Assembly (NCBI GenBank): GCA_963718685.1 | Contig: OY970356.1 | Coordinates: 497,031-561,030 of the forward strand | DNA length: 64,000 bases | Direction: 5' to 3' | Source: an uncultured Candidatus Saccharibacteria bacterium | GTDB lineage: Bacteria; Patescibacteriota; Saccharimonadia; Saccharimonadales; Saccharimonadaceae | Made by a program: the position numbers and the translations under genes | Part shown: positions 1 to 8,627 of the stretch, in pieces | Layout: every line of letters begins with the position of its first letter | Position numbering within the stretch: position 1 is the stretch's first letter | The notes under the pieces: generated by a model | The model's database searches: none | What the model saw: only the letters and a program-made list of their open reading frames with translations | Told to the model about the DNA's origin: nothing

Positions 1-153
1 GTTTACCTGGTACTTTGGTACCGATGGGCTCGCAAAAACTGATTGAGAGCTATGGTTGTATAGGTATTGGAAAAACTGCTCAGACCCCATCAAAAGTCCG
101 GCGATAATTATTAAAAAGCCAATTATAATATAAAAACGAAATTGTTTATTCAT
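1..153 (-). CDS. 5' part of a membrane-anchored protein that continues past the left edge; identity unresolved (sortase is only a guess from context)
   Basis: ATG at 151-153 on minus. My translation MNKQFRFYIIIGFLIIIAGLLMGSEQFFQYLYNHSSQSVFASPSVPKYQVN is a short basic N-terminus plus one TM helix, open to the window edge. Confidence 0.45.
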   Translation of the reverse strand, partial: MNKQFRFYIIIGFLIIIAGLLMGSEQFFQYLYNHSSQSVFASPSVPKYQVN

Positions 154-166
154 AACATAAGTCTCT

Positions 167-201
167 AAACACAAAAGGCGGACGCCTTTATGGCGTTCGC
201 C
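167..201 (-). terminator. intrinsic terminator after the small LPXTG gene
   Basis: Minus strand reads GGCGAACGCC-ATAAA-GGCGTCCGCC (10-bp stem, one mismatch) followed by TTTTGTGTTT. Confidence 0.6.
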
Positions 202-234
202 CTCTGGAATAATATTTATAATGTTTATTTAAAG

Positions 235-423
235 TTAGGCTTTATAAGCCTTTTTAGCCGCATAGCGAGCTAAAGTGGACAGCAAGATAACCGAACCGGT
301 TAAAATGCTAACGATCGAAACAACCATCAAAAGTGGGTTGCCTCCTGTATTTGGTAGTAATGCTACTCCTGCCGCTGTTGACGCCAGTGGAGCTAAACTA
401 CCGCTACCTCGTCCTCCGTACAT
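235..423 (-). CDS. 62-aa protein made almost entirely of an LPXTG cell-wall sorting signal
   Basis: LPNTG, then hydrophobic NPLLMVVSIVSILTGSVILLSTLA, then basic tail RYAAKKAYKA. AGGAGAAGTGT precedes the ATG on minus, and it has its own terminator. Confidence 0.6.
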   Translation of the reverse strand: MYGGRGSGSLAPLASTAAGVALLPNTGGNPLLMVVSIVSILTGSVILLSTLARYAAKKAYKA

Positions 424-597
424 ACACTTCTCCTTCCTCTTACAAGGTTTGCAAAGTCTAAAACTAGCCTGTTTATCGCCAAACAGCTATATCGTTATAA
501 GACCGCGCTCCCTCTTATTTATAAGAATACATTATATATGACAGTTTGTAAAGTATATTATTATAATTATTTACGTTAGGGATTTTTATTGTATTAA

Positions 598-2445
598 TTA
601 GTTTGTTTGATACCAGCGGATATCATCTAGATAAGCCACGATATTAGAGTTCGACACTACAATAACCTGTAGACTTGCCGACTTAACTGAGCTTGAGCTA
701 GGGGTATAGTTGAAGCTAACATCTTGTGCACCTAGTGTGTGATCGCCAAGTTTATACTGCCCTGATATCCAGTTACCATTGGTATCATATTCGTCTACAT
801 AAAACGCGACTTCCCCGCCCCCGCCGCTAGTGATTGACCTTAAGTCGAGATATGAAGTTAAGCTATATTGCTTAGATGCATCAACGCTAATTACCGGAGA
901 GAACAAATGGCCATTGCCACTGGTGCTGGAAGTTAGTTTAATTGAATTTTGCAGGTTATTAGGACTGCCGTTTCCACTATTATCGACTGTTATGTTAGCC
1001 GGTTTGTCGGTTGACCACCCTGCCGATATACCATTATCAAAAGCTCCGTTTGAAATTAAGTTAGTTTGAACCGGTGGTGGCGGCGGAGGTGGAGGCGGCG
1101 TTGGAGTCGGATCTGGATCTGGTGAGGCAGCAGTTAATGGAAACCACTGTGTATTATCAAGATAAGCTGTAACACCGGAACCATAGGCTATAACCTGTAA
1201 GCTGGCTTTGGCTACTTTTTGCGAACTTGGCTTGTAAGTAAAGTTCATATTCTCTACAAACGCGGAAGATTCGTCCACCTTATACTGACCGGAAATCCAG
1301 TCGCCATTGGCATTGTATTCATCTATATAAAATGCTATTCCCCCGCTTGAAACACTTTGAACGTTCAAGAAGTTTTTGAGCATGTAGGTTGCGTTGGGAT
1401 CCACTGATACTTTAGGCGAAAACAAATGGCTTTGCGAAGAACCTGAAGTCAGCCTTATAGAATTTGCCGGGCTTGGATAGCTGCCATTATTTCCAGAGTC
1501 AGCGGTTATAGCGCTTGGATTATCAGTAGTCCAACCGTTAGCTATGCCATTATCAAAAGTACTGTTAGGCAAAAGGTTTTCATCACTTGTCACCAAGCCT
1601 TGATCAACATTAACCGACTTTATAAGCCCGGCTGATTGTTTGCTGCTAACGTAAGCGGCAATTTGATCTAACGCTTGAGTACTATACTGATAATCCTCGG
1701 CCTTTTTACTAGCGTTAGGCAGTATGTCGTGCATAGTCAAAACCAACCAATGATTATTAGCTATTGCATCGTCAATCTTTGCTTCAACTTCCGAAACGCT
1801 AGTTTGCCCTTCAACCTGAAAGTCATTTATCAAGTAATCATTGTAAGGCCAGTCATTGTTGTTTTGGTCTGCAAAGCCGCGATGAGAGGCATAGACTTTA
1901 GCGATCTGAGCTAAAGTTGCGTTTGAATAATCGCCATAAGGCGTAGAAAAATCGGTAGCGTTAAAGCCATGCGCCGCCAAGTCGGCTTTGCTTTGAGTTA
2001 ATTCTTGACTCACCTGATCTGGGGTTAAAGTGTTAGGCTGACCGTCACGAGCGTCGCTGGTAGCTAAATAGGGGTGAGTTACTGTGTGCGAACCGATTTC
2101 CCAGCCGTATGTATTTTGAAGCCCTGAGATTTGGTCCCAAGTCATGTACTGCGCATCTGTATTAGCGTGGCAAGTATTACCCTTCTGGGTCATACCGACG
2201 CAACCGGTAATCACATAATCTGTCCCCGTCAGCCCATATTTTGCCAAAATAGGCGCTGCTTGCGTAAACGCACTGTCTAAGCCATCATCAAAAGTAAACG
2301 AAATTTTTGCACTCGGAGTAGCATTAATAGAAGCTACCTGAGCATGGGCACTCAGCGGATAAAAAACAGATAAAACAAATACGCTAACTACAGCTAAAGC
2401 GCTGAGTTTCTTGGTGTTCTTTAAAAAAGTGGTGAAATAGTTCAT
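598..2445 (-). CDS. secreted polysaccharide deacetylase (NodB domain) with two CBM-like repeats
   Basis: Signal peptide. NodB motifs FTFDDG and HTVTHP. Two ~140-aa repeats (NLLPNSTFDNGIANGW... and NLISNGAFDNGISAGW...) separated by PDPDPTPTPPPPPPPPPV. Confidence 0.8.
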   Translation of the reverse strand: MNYFTTFLKNTKKLSALAVVSVFVLSVFYPLSAHAQVASINATPSAKISFTFDDGLDSAFTQAAPILAKYGLTGTDYVITGCVGMTQKGNTCHANTDAQYMTWDQISGLQNTYGWEIGSHTVTHPYLATSDARDGQPNTLTPDQVSQELTQSKADLAAHGFNATDFSTPYGDYSNATLAQIAKVYASHRGFADQNNNDWPYNDYLINDFQVEGQTSVSEVEAKIDDAIANNHWLVLTMHDILPNASKKAEDYQYSTQALDQIAAYVSSKQSAGLIKSVNVDQGLVTSDENLLPNSTFDNGIANGWTTDNPSAITADSGNNGSYPSPANSIRLTSGSSQSHLFSPKVSVDPNATYMLKNFLNVQSVSSGGIAFYIDEYNANGDWISGQYKVDESSAFVENMNFTYKPSSQKVAKASLQVIAYGSGVTAYLDNTQWFPLTAASPDPDPTPTPPPPPPPPPVQTNLISNGAFDNGISAGWSTDKPANITVDNSGNGSPNNLQNSIKLTSSTSGNGHLFSPVISVDASKQYSLTSYLDLRSITSGGGGEVAFYVDEYDTNGNWISGQYKLGDHTLGAQDVSFNYTPSSSSVKSASLQVIVVSNSNIVAYLDDIRWYQTN

Positions 2446-2620
2446 AAGTCAATTAACTTTCGGGTGTTTGAGCCAGATCTCACCACCAGATACTAACAAC
2501 TACCTACAAGTTAATTAATATTATACACCTAACTTTATTTTTAGCAAAATATATTTAGAAGTTACCATTTCCACCACCGTTACCACCGCCCCCATTACCA
2601 TTGCCATTGCCGTTTTGCTG

Positions 2621-2926
2621 GGCAGAACAACCAACCGTATCAACCGAGGTATTAGGTGGCGTGCCAGGACATTGGTCTAATGAATCCGGAACCCCATCGC
2701 CATCAGTGTCAGTGGCTGGCTGGCTTTGAACTTCACAACCACTACTGTCTACCGTGGTGCCTGAAGGAGTATCCGGACACTTATCTTTATTGTCGTTTAC
2801 GCCGTCGCCGTCGGAATCCTTCGATTTTTGCTTAACTTCACAACCATTACTATCTACTTTGACGCCAGATGGTGTATTCGGACATTTGTCTTGGTTATCG
2901 TTAACGCCGTCGCCGTCGGAATCCTT
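2621..2926 (-). repeat. three tandem ~35-aa thrombospondin-type-3-like repeats in the PBP C-terminus, followed by a Gly/Asn tail (2558-2614)
   Basis: DSDGDGVNDNQDKCPNTPSGVKVDSNGCEV, DSDGDGVNDNKDKCPDTPSGTTVDSSGCEV, DTDGDGVPDSLDQCPGTPPNTSVDTVGCSA, then NGNGNGNGGGGNGGGNGNF. Confidence 0.75.
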
Positions 2927-3555
2927 CGGCTGCTGTTTGTTACAACTACCTTGCGGAGGTGCGGTCGATAAGAAGTACTCTAGGTAAGTACCGGCTGTGC
3001 CATCGCCAATCACCTTGCCGCCATTTGAGCTACAGACTCTGGTTTGGTCAACCGTAGCCGGTCTGTCGAAGTTCTCTTGCGGCAAGTCTTGGAAGGTTCT
3101 CTCCATCATATTGGCCCAAATTGGCCCCGCAGCATTTACACCGCCTGCGCCCATCGGCGTGTGATCATTATTGCCTGCCCAAACCCCAACTACGACATTC
3201 GGCGTATAGCCAATTGTCCAGGCATCAACATCATTTTCCGTACTGCCGGTTTTCACCGCAGCAGCCCGCGACAATGTTAAACTGCTGCCAAAGGTAGATG
3301 AACGGGCTGAATTATCTGACAAAATACTTGAAACCAAGAAGGCCGCGCCTTTATCTACCACGTGCTTAGCTTCCGGCTTATATTTATAAATTTCTTTTTC
3401 ATATTTATCGTGAATATTCAAAACTTCAACCTGAGTGTATTGCTGCCCTTGGTCGGCAAATGCCGAATAAGCATTGACCATGTCAGTTAACTTCACCTCA
3501 CCCGTGCCCAGAGCAAACGGCAAACCGTAATCACTGGCAGGACGATTAAGTGTAT

Positions 3556-3572
3556 CTAGATCCCATCCTTTT
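3556..3572 (-). other. frame-disruption site 2 of the PBP gene
   Basis: Coding strand AAAAGGATGGGATCTAGAT. Frame A gives AAKRMGSRYT-stop and frame B gives DLDTLNRPASDYG. One base fewer in the A4 or G3 runs joins them. Confidence 0.55.
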
Positions 3573-4571
3573 AGCAGCATCCAGAGCATTTTGAACGCCC
3601 AGTTTTTGCATGACCTTCACAGACGGAATATTAAGCGAGTTAGACAAAGCAAACCGTGTCGTCACGCTGCCGTGATAACTGTAGTCAAAGTTGTGCGGCG
3701 AATATCCGCCAATATTAATTGGGGCATCTTCAAAATGAGTTGACGGCGTAATAATTCCGCGAGCCATAGCTTCGGTGTAATAAATCGGCTTAAAACTAGA
3801 GCCCGGCTGGCGCGGCGTGGTTGCCATATTAACTTTGCCAAACTGCGGGTTATTGTAATCTGTGCTACCTACCAGCGCCCGGACTTCACCATTCTTTGGG
3901 TCTTGCGCCACTAAAGAAGCATTATGACCGTTTGCATAAGCGGCATTTATGGCAGTTTGCTGCTTCACATATTGATTAGCAGCTTTTTGCCAATCCAAGT
4001 TTAGAGTAGTTCTCACCACCATTCCGGAACGATTAACTTTTTCCTGTCCATAGCGGTTATAAAGTTGATTTAATACCAATTGGGAAAAGAATGGCGCCGG
4101 AGTTTCCACTTTCTTAGGTGGCACGTAAGAAAGCTTAGTATTAAGCGCTGCGGTTTCTTGCGCGTCAGTAATCTTGCCGTCGTCTTTCATCCTATCTAGC
4201 ACGTATTGTTGTCGCTCTTTAGCTAAGGTCGGACTACCTACAACCGGCGAATACGCATTCGGTGCCGGCAAAAGGCCTATAAGCATTGAACTTTGTGCCA
4301 AAGTCAGCTTGCTTGGCGTGGTATTAAAATAAGTTTTTGCAGCATCTTTAATGCCAAAAGCATTCTCACCAAAATATACCGAGTTTAAATACATGTCTAA
4401 AATCTGATCTTTAGAATAATGCTGGTTGATCGCCACCGCCAAGAAAATTTCCTGATACTTCCTCAAGAAAGATTTGCTATCTGTCAGCAAAGTGTTTTTC
4501 ACTAACTGCTGGGTAATTCCCGAACCCCCATAAGCAGTCGCATTGTGACTAATTAAGTTACCATACAACCG

Positions 4572-4575
4572 CCCC
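4572..4575 (-). other. frame-disruption site 1 of the PBP gene (G4 run on the coding strand)
   Basis: Coding strand is GGTATATTAGGGGCGGTTGTATGGTAA. Removing one G reads GILGRLYGNLISHNATAYGGSGITQQL without a break. Confidence 0.6.
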
Positions 4576-5013
4576 TAATATACCTTTGGCGGAAAAGCCT
4601 GGGTCGGTGTAAAAACTTTTGTCCTCAGCCGAAATCAAAGCTTTTTCGGTAGAATCGGAAATTTGGCTAAGCGGCACTAGCTTCTCATTACCCGCTTTAC
4701 CAAAACTATAAAAGGGTTTTCCGTGCATGTCTTCCAGCACTACTCCCGTATCATTTCGGTTCATCAGGCGCTGCGGATCGCCGATGACATTGGCAAAGTA
4801 AATATAGGTAAGAATCGGTATCAATATCAAAATGCCCGCAATCGGGCCGCCAATCAGTGCAACTTGTTGTTTCTTGCTTAAGCCTTTAAACCATTGCCAA
4901 CGTCTATGAACTCCAGCCTTAAAGCGCTGGATTTTACTGGGACGAACAGTATATATACCCTGTCTCATTACTAACCTATTATACTAAAAACTCGTGCTTT
5001 TAGTCTTATAATT

Positions 5014-5478
5014 TTACAAAACTTTTTCGTTAATAAACTTAACCTGATCAATCGGCACGTTGTCGGGTAATTTATTAAACCACTCGGCTTCACTCGCCTC
5101 TTCGTCAAGTTGAATGTCGCCTTCATATTCAACTTTAAACGCCATTCCCAGCGGGCAGTCAAAGCCTATTTTATGATAGTTAGAATATTCAATATATCCT
5201 ATAAAATCGCTTTTTATTACCTGTATACCCAGCTCTTTTTTCGCTACTCTAGCCACCGCATCGGCAAGTTTTTCACCGATATAGACCGTACCGCCCGGCA
5301 AATGCCACGCGCCTTTATATGGCTCTATTTCTCTTTTAGTAAGCAAAACACCTTTTTCAGATTTAATTATTACTTCCACTGTCAGCCTAGGCACTTTGCT
5401 ATAAATTGCCTTGAACTCTTCCAAAGTCAGCGGGTAGTCTTTTACTTTATTTTCTTCCATCTTTATTTTGATTTCCAT
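5014..5478 (-). CDS. NUDIX hydrolase
   Basis: Nudix-box-like GGTVYIGEKLADAVARVAKKELGIQV. The real start may be the internal MEENKV. Confidence 0.7.
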   Translation of the reverse strand: MEIKIKMEENKVKDYPLTLEEFKAIYSKVPRLTVEVIIKSEKGVLLTKREIEPYKGAWHLPGGTVYIGEKLADAVARVAKKELGIQVIKSDFIGYIEYSNYHKIGFDCPLGMAFKVEYEGDIQLDEEASEAEWFNKLPDNVPIDQVKFINEKVL

Positions 5479-5930
5479 GGCAAGTGATGTTTGCCTTGAG
5501 GCTCTAGCTCGCCTTTTCTATCAAACGCATAAAAATCAGTCACAGTAATTTTATAAAATCTGTGGCCATCTTCTTTTGCTAGCTCGGTTTTGCAAAAGTC
5601 TTCTCTATCGCTAAATCGCTTAATGTATTCTTTGAAAGCTGTGCTGTTTTCATCGGCGTCCGGCAACACTTCTGCTTGCCCTTCAAAATAAATTCCCTGA
5701 GGCGGCTCGTCTAAACCGTGCTGAGTAACAATATTACCCGCTACATTTGGGTTCTTGGCAATTTCTTCACTATGGCGTCGGTTTGGCAAAGATATAAAAT
5801 ACAAATTGAGCTCGTCGTCATATACAAAATGCACTTCGCACACCCACGGCTTATCGCCCGCGCAAGTAGCCAGTGACAAATGAATTATGTTTGGCAAATA
5901 ATTTCTGATTAGTTTTTCTACGTTATTCAT
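5463..5930 (-). CDS. pyridoxamine-5'-phosphate-oxidase-like FMN-binding protein
   Basis: 155 aa. HLSLATCAGDKPWVCEVHFVYDDELNLYFIS resembles the PNPOx-like split barrel. Confidence 0.55.
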   Translation of the reverse strand: MNNVEKLIRNYLPNIIHLSLATCAGDKPWVCEVHFVYDDELNLYFISLPNRRHSEEIAKNPNVAGNIVTQHGLDEPPQGIYFEGQAEVLPDADENSTAFKEYIKRFSDREDFCKTELAKEDGHRFYKITVTDFYAFDRKGELEPQGKHHLPWKSK

Positions 5931-5937
5931 AGGTTAA

Positions 5938-6531
5938 TCATAACATCTTAATTAAAGCAGAGCCGTAAGTTTTATCTTCTAAATTATGTGGAGCGTTTGG
6001 TACTTCAATCAACTCAGAATTCTTTAATTTCTTAGCCGTATCTTTAGCGCGCGCTACCAAATTTGGTGAAGTTTTGTGTTCTTTTTGGCCGTACAAAACA
6101 AAGGTCTCAACATTTGTTTTGTTAATTTTTTCGGCTACTTTACTTGCTGAGTAACTCCATAAATCTTCGGCTCTGCGTTTGCCAAAATGTCTTATAGCAT
6201 ATTTATCTGGGAACTTTCCTTTGTCTTCTTCAAAAAATGGAGATAACGAACAAAGATAAATAGAATCTGGGCTTAGCTCTGAGGCAGATAAAAACGCTAC
6301 AACCGCGCCAAAAGAATTTCCTATAATTATATTTTCCTTTGTTTTGTGGTTTTTATAAAAAGTTTTAAATTCTTTTACATATTGCGAGGGAGTTTTACGC
6401 CGCCACTTTATGTCGACCGAAATAACGTTATAGTTATTTCTTTTAAGCCCCTCTACTAGCCATCTATAATCTTTTCCCGCTGCCGTTTCGTTAGTATCAA
6501 AACCAGAAATCAAAAATATTGTTTTCATCAC
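5938..6531 (-). CDS. alpha/beta hydrolase
   Basis: GNSFG nucleophile elbow (GxSxG), 197 aa. Confidence 0.55.
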   Translation of the reverse strand: MMKTIFLISGFDTNETAAGKDYRWLVEGLKRNNYNVISVDIKWRRKTPSQYVKEFKTFYKNHKTKENIIIGNSFGAVVAFLSASELSPDSIYLCSLSPFFEEDKGKFPDKYAIRHFGKRRAEDLWSYSASKVAEKINKTNVETFVLYGQKEHKTSPNLVARAKDTAKKLKNSELIEVPNAPHNLEDKTYGSALIKML

Positions 6532-7106
6532 TTCTTTACAGCAACCACTCGCTGCCTTGTCTTAATAGTAGTGGCAATACTTCCGGCTAATAATGTCAGG
6601 TAAAGCGGAAAAGCAACATTTATAAAATTAAATCTACTGACCGCCAATAGTGAAATAAATGCGCCAACGCTTACAAAGAAAAAGCCCTGCCATCCTTCTT
6701 CATGAGGTTTTGTCCAGGCATGGAGATACGTAGGAACGGCAGCAAAGAAGTCGGCCAGTATGTTAAAGACAATGGCCCAAGCTGGATTGTTTGTAGTTAG
6801 CCACGCTACAATACCAACTGCTGAAGTTATGTTACAAAGTGCGTCTAGCCTACCGTACTCGTGAATCCCATTTTTCAATGACGCAAAAAAGATGGCGCCG
6901 GTAACCAATGCTTGTAACCCAGTTAATGCGGCGCTGGCGTAGGCATGACCGGCGATCGCCGCAATAGTTGCTATAGACACGATGAGCGTCCATGTACCCC
7001 ACGAAGAAATTCGTGGTTTTATTTTCCCTTGCAAAGTTTGCTTCAAATATGGCAAAAGTCCAAGTGAAGCTACCAGCGGCCCAACGATAATTAAAACTTC
7101 CTTCAT
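6528..7106 (-). CDS. polytopic membrane protein, unknown function
   Basis: About six hydrophobic segments. 4-bp overlap with the downstream gene. Confidence 0.6.
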   Translation of the reverse strand: MKEVLIIVGPLVASLGLLPYLKQTLQGKIKPRISSWGTWTLIVSIATIAAIAGHAYASAALTGLQALVTGAIFFASLKNGIHEYGRLDALCNITSAVGIVAWLTTNNPAWAIVFNILADFFAAVPTYLHAWTKPHEEGWQGFFFVSVGAFISLLAVSRFNFINVAFPLYLTLLAGSIATTIKTRQRVVAVKK

Positions 7107-7112
7107 CTTAGT

Positions 7113-7514
7113 TTAAGCTTCTTTTAATCCAAGTTCTTTAAGAGCCTGCTTTGCTTTATCAAAGTGTTCCAGTGTAACCATAATGTAGTCTTTAGAGTAA
7201 GTAGAAATAACAAGATTATTACAGCCCTTACCCGAAATTGCACCCGTTATAGCCGCCAGAAAACCAACTGCGTAAAATGGAGCCGAAACTCGCACTTCAA
7301 TAAGTTTACGTACGTCTTTATTTTGCTCTATAACCTGAATTTTATCTGCTTTGCTTTTTTCAAACACTGCAGTTACTTCATCTTCATCTTTAGAAACCAT
7401 AAAACAATCATCTAAATTAGGTATTTCTGAGACTTTAGAGTAAATCCATTCACCCTCGTGAGCAATAAAAGTTGACGTGTCGAGTACTTTTTGCGGTTCG
7501 TTGCTAATATTCAT
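7113..7514 (-). CDS. ACT-domain protein
   Basis: AVGFLAAITGAISGKGCNNLVISTYSKDYIMV resembles the ACT_7-type signature. Confidence 0.5.
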   Translation of the reverse strand: MNISNEPQKVLDTSTFIAHEGEWIYSKVSEIPNLDDCFMVSKDEDEVTAVFEKSKADKIQVIEQNKDVRKLIEVRVSAPFYAVGFLAAITGAISGKGCNNLVISTYSKDYIMVTLEHFDKAKQALKELGLKEA

Positions 7515-7524
7515 AATGATTCAA

Positions 7525-7980
7525 TCATAGCATTTTTATATACAAAGCTATCGCTCCTGAAATAATAGCCCCAAAAAAGGCTGCTCCTACAATAAAAACA
7601 CTCCTCCAAAAGAATTCTCGTCTTCTAAGTTCTACTCGTGCTCTTTCTACATTCGCCTGCAATTTTGTAAGCTGTTCCTTCCTTGATTTAGCCATAAAGT
7701 GCATCTCGCCTTTCTTCTCTGGCTCAGCTAGATCCGGGTGAGGATAAGTCATACCAGCAAGAAAATATAAATCCCTCTTCTTCATGTATCTCATAGTTTT
7801 AGGATTTATCTGACCCAGTCTAGCGTGATTGTACAAAAGTACCCACTCAAAATTACTTTCTGTAAAATCTAGCTGCTCCAGCTCTCCTGCTTGGTGGTTT
7901 GAAGCAGCTTCTTTAGCTGCTTCCGTAGCTTCTTCACTTGCACAATCTGATATTTTAATTCTTCGCCAATAAAATTTCAT
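7525..7980 (-). CDS. hypothetical protein with C-terminal TM anchor
   Basis: 151-aa ORF ending in FFWRSVFIVGAAFFGAIISGAIALYI. Confidence 0.5.
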   Translation of the reverse strand: MKFYWRRIKISDCASEEATEAAKEAASNHQAGELEQLDFTESNFEWVLLYNHARLGQINPKTMRYMKKRDLYFLAGMTYPHPDLAEPEKKGEMHFMAKSRKEQLTKLQANVERARVELRRREFFWRSVFIVGAAFFGAIISGAIALYIKML

Positions 7981-8097
7981 ATTACCTACAATTATAGCGC
8001 CTATTAGAAAGTACTTTCAAAGCCCTAGCAACTTATCGTAAGTATATATATTCTTATGCTTGCAAAAACTATAATTAAAATCTAATCTTATAAACAG

Positions 8098-8610
8098 ATG
8101 AGTGAAGGTTTTTGGCTAGTCGTAGGAATTGTAGTGGGCTCTGTAACCACTTTTATAGCAAACTTAGTGGCAGATAGAATTAAAAATACCCAGGACAACA
8201 AACAAGCCAAGAAAAACCTAAGACTTATATTAAGGATAGAATTTGAAGGAACACTAAAGTATCTAGACGAGTTGAAGTCTGATTATAACAATAGTGAAAG
8301 ATTCGCACTAAAACTAATTAATACATTGATTAAAAACATAAACGCTCTTGAAAACTACAAGTCTAATTTGTACTACTTACAAGACGCTGACTTGCAAAGG
8401 AAGGTTGCATACTTAATCACATCGTTAGGTCTGTATTTTAATGAAATTAGTGGCATTGAAAGTCTTGCTGTAGACTTACAATCCAATAAAAAAACAATAA
8501 CGGCCCTTGAAGAAGATAATAAATGGTTTGAAAAGGAAAGAAGAAATAAGCACGTAGAGATTGTTGATTTTCGACGTCAGCTAGAAGACATAATTCAAGA
8601 ACTAAGTTAG
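8098..8610 (+). CDS. hypothetical protein with N-terminal TM anchor and helical body
   Basis: 170 aa. FWLVVGIVVGSVTTFIANLV followed by a charged helical region. Confidence 0.5.
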   Translation: MSEGFWLVVGIVVGSVTTFIANLVADRIKNTQDNKQAKKNLRLILRIEFEGTLKYLDELKSDYNNSERFALKLINTLIKNINALENYKSNLYYLQDADLQRKVAYLITSLGLYFNEISGIESLAVDLQSNKKTITALEEDNKWFEKERRNKHVEIVDFRRQLEDIIQELS

Positions 8611-8627
8611 TTTTCCTACTTACAAGA

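Larger units (their letters stand above)
2555..4968 (-). pseudogene. class A penicillin-binding protein (GT51 transglycosylase plus transpeptidase) split into three ORFs by two +1 frame disruptions
   Basis: ORF 4558-4968 has TM plus EDKSFYTDPG. ORF 3546-4568 has GGSGITQQL and the SSFKP active site. ORF 2555-3589 has KTGS. The three ORFs run in frames 0, 2 and 1. Confidence 0.7.

Noticed and set aside
4971-5487. ORFs 4971-5162 (minus) and 5110-5487 (plus)
   Set aside because: They overlap the NUDIX gene or its antisense strand. Their translations are low-complexity and lack motifs.
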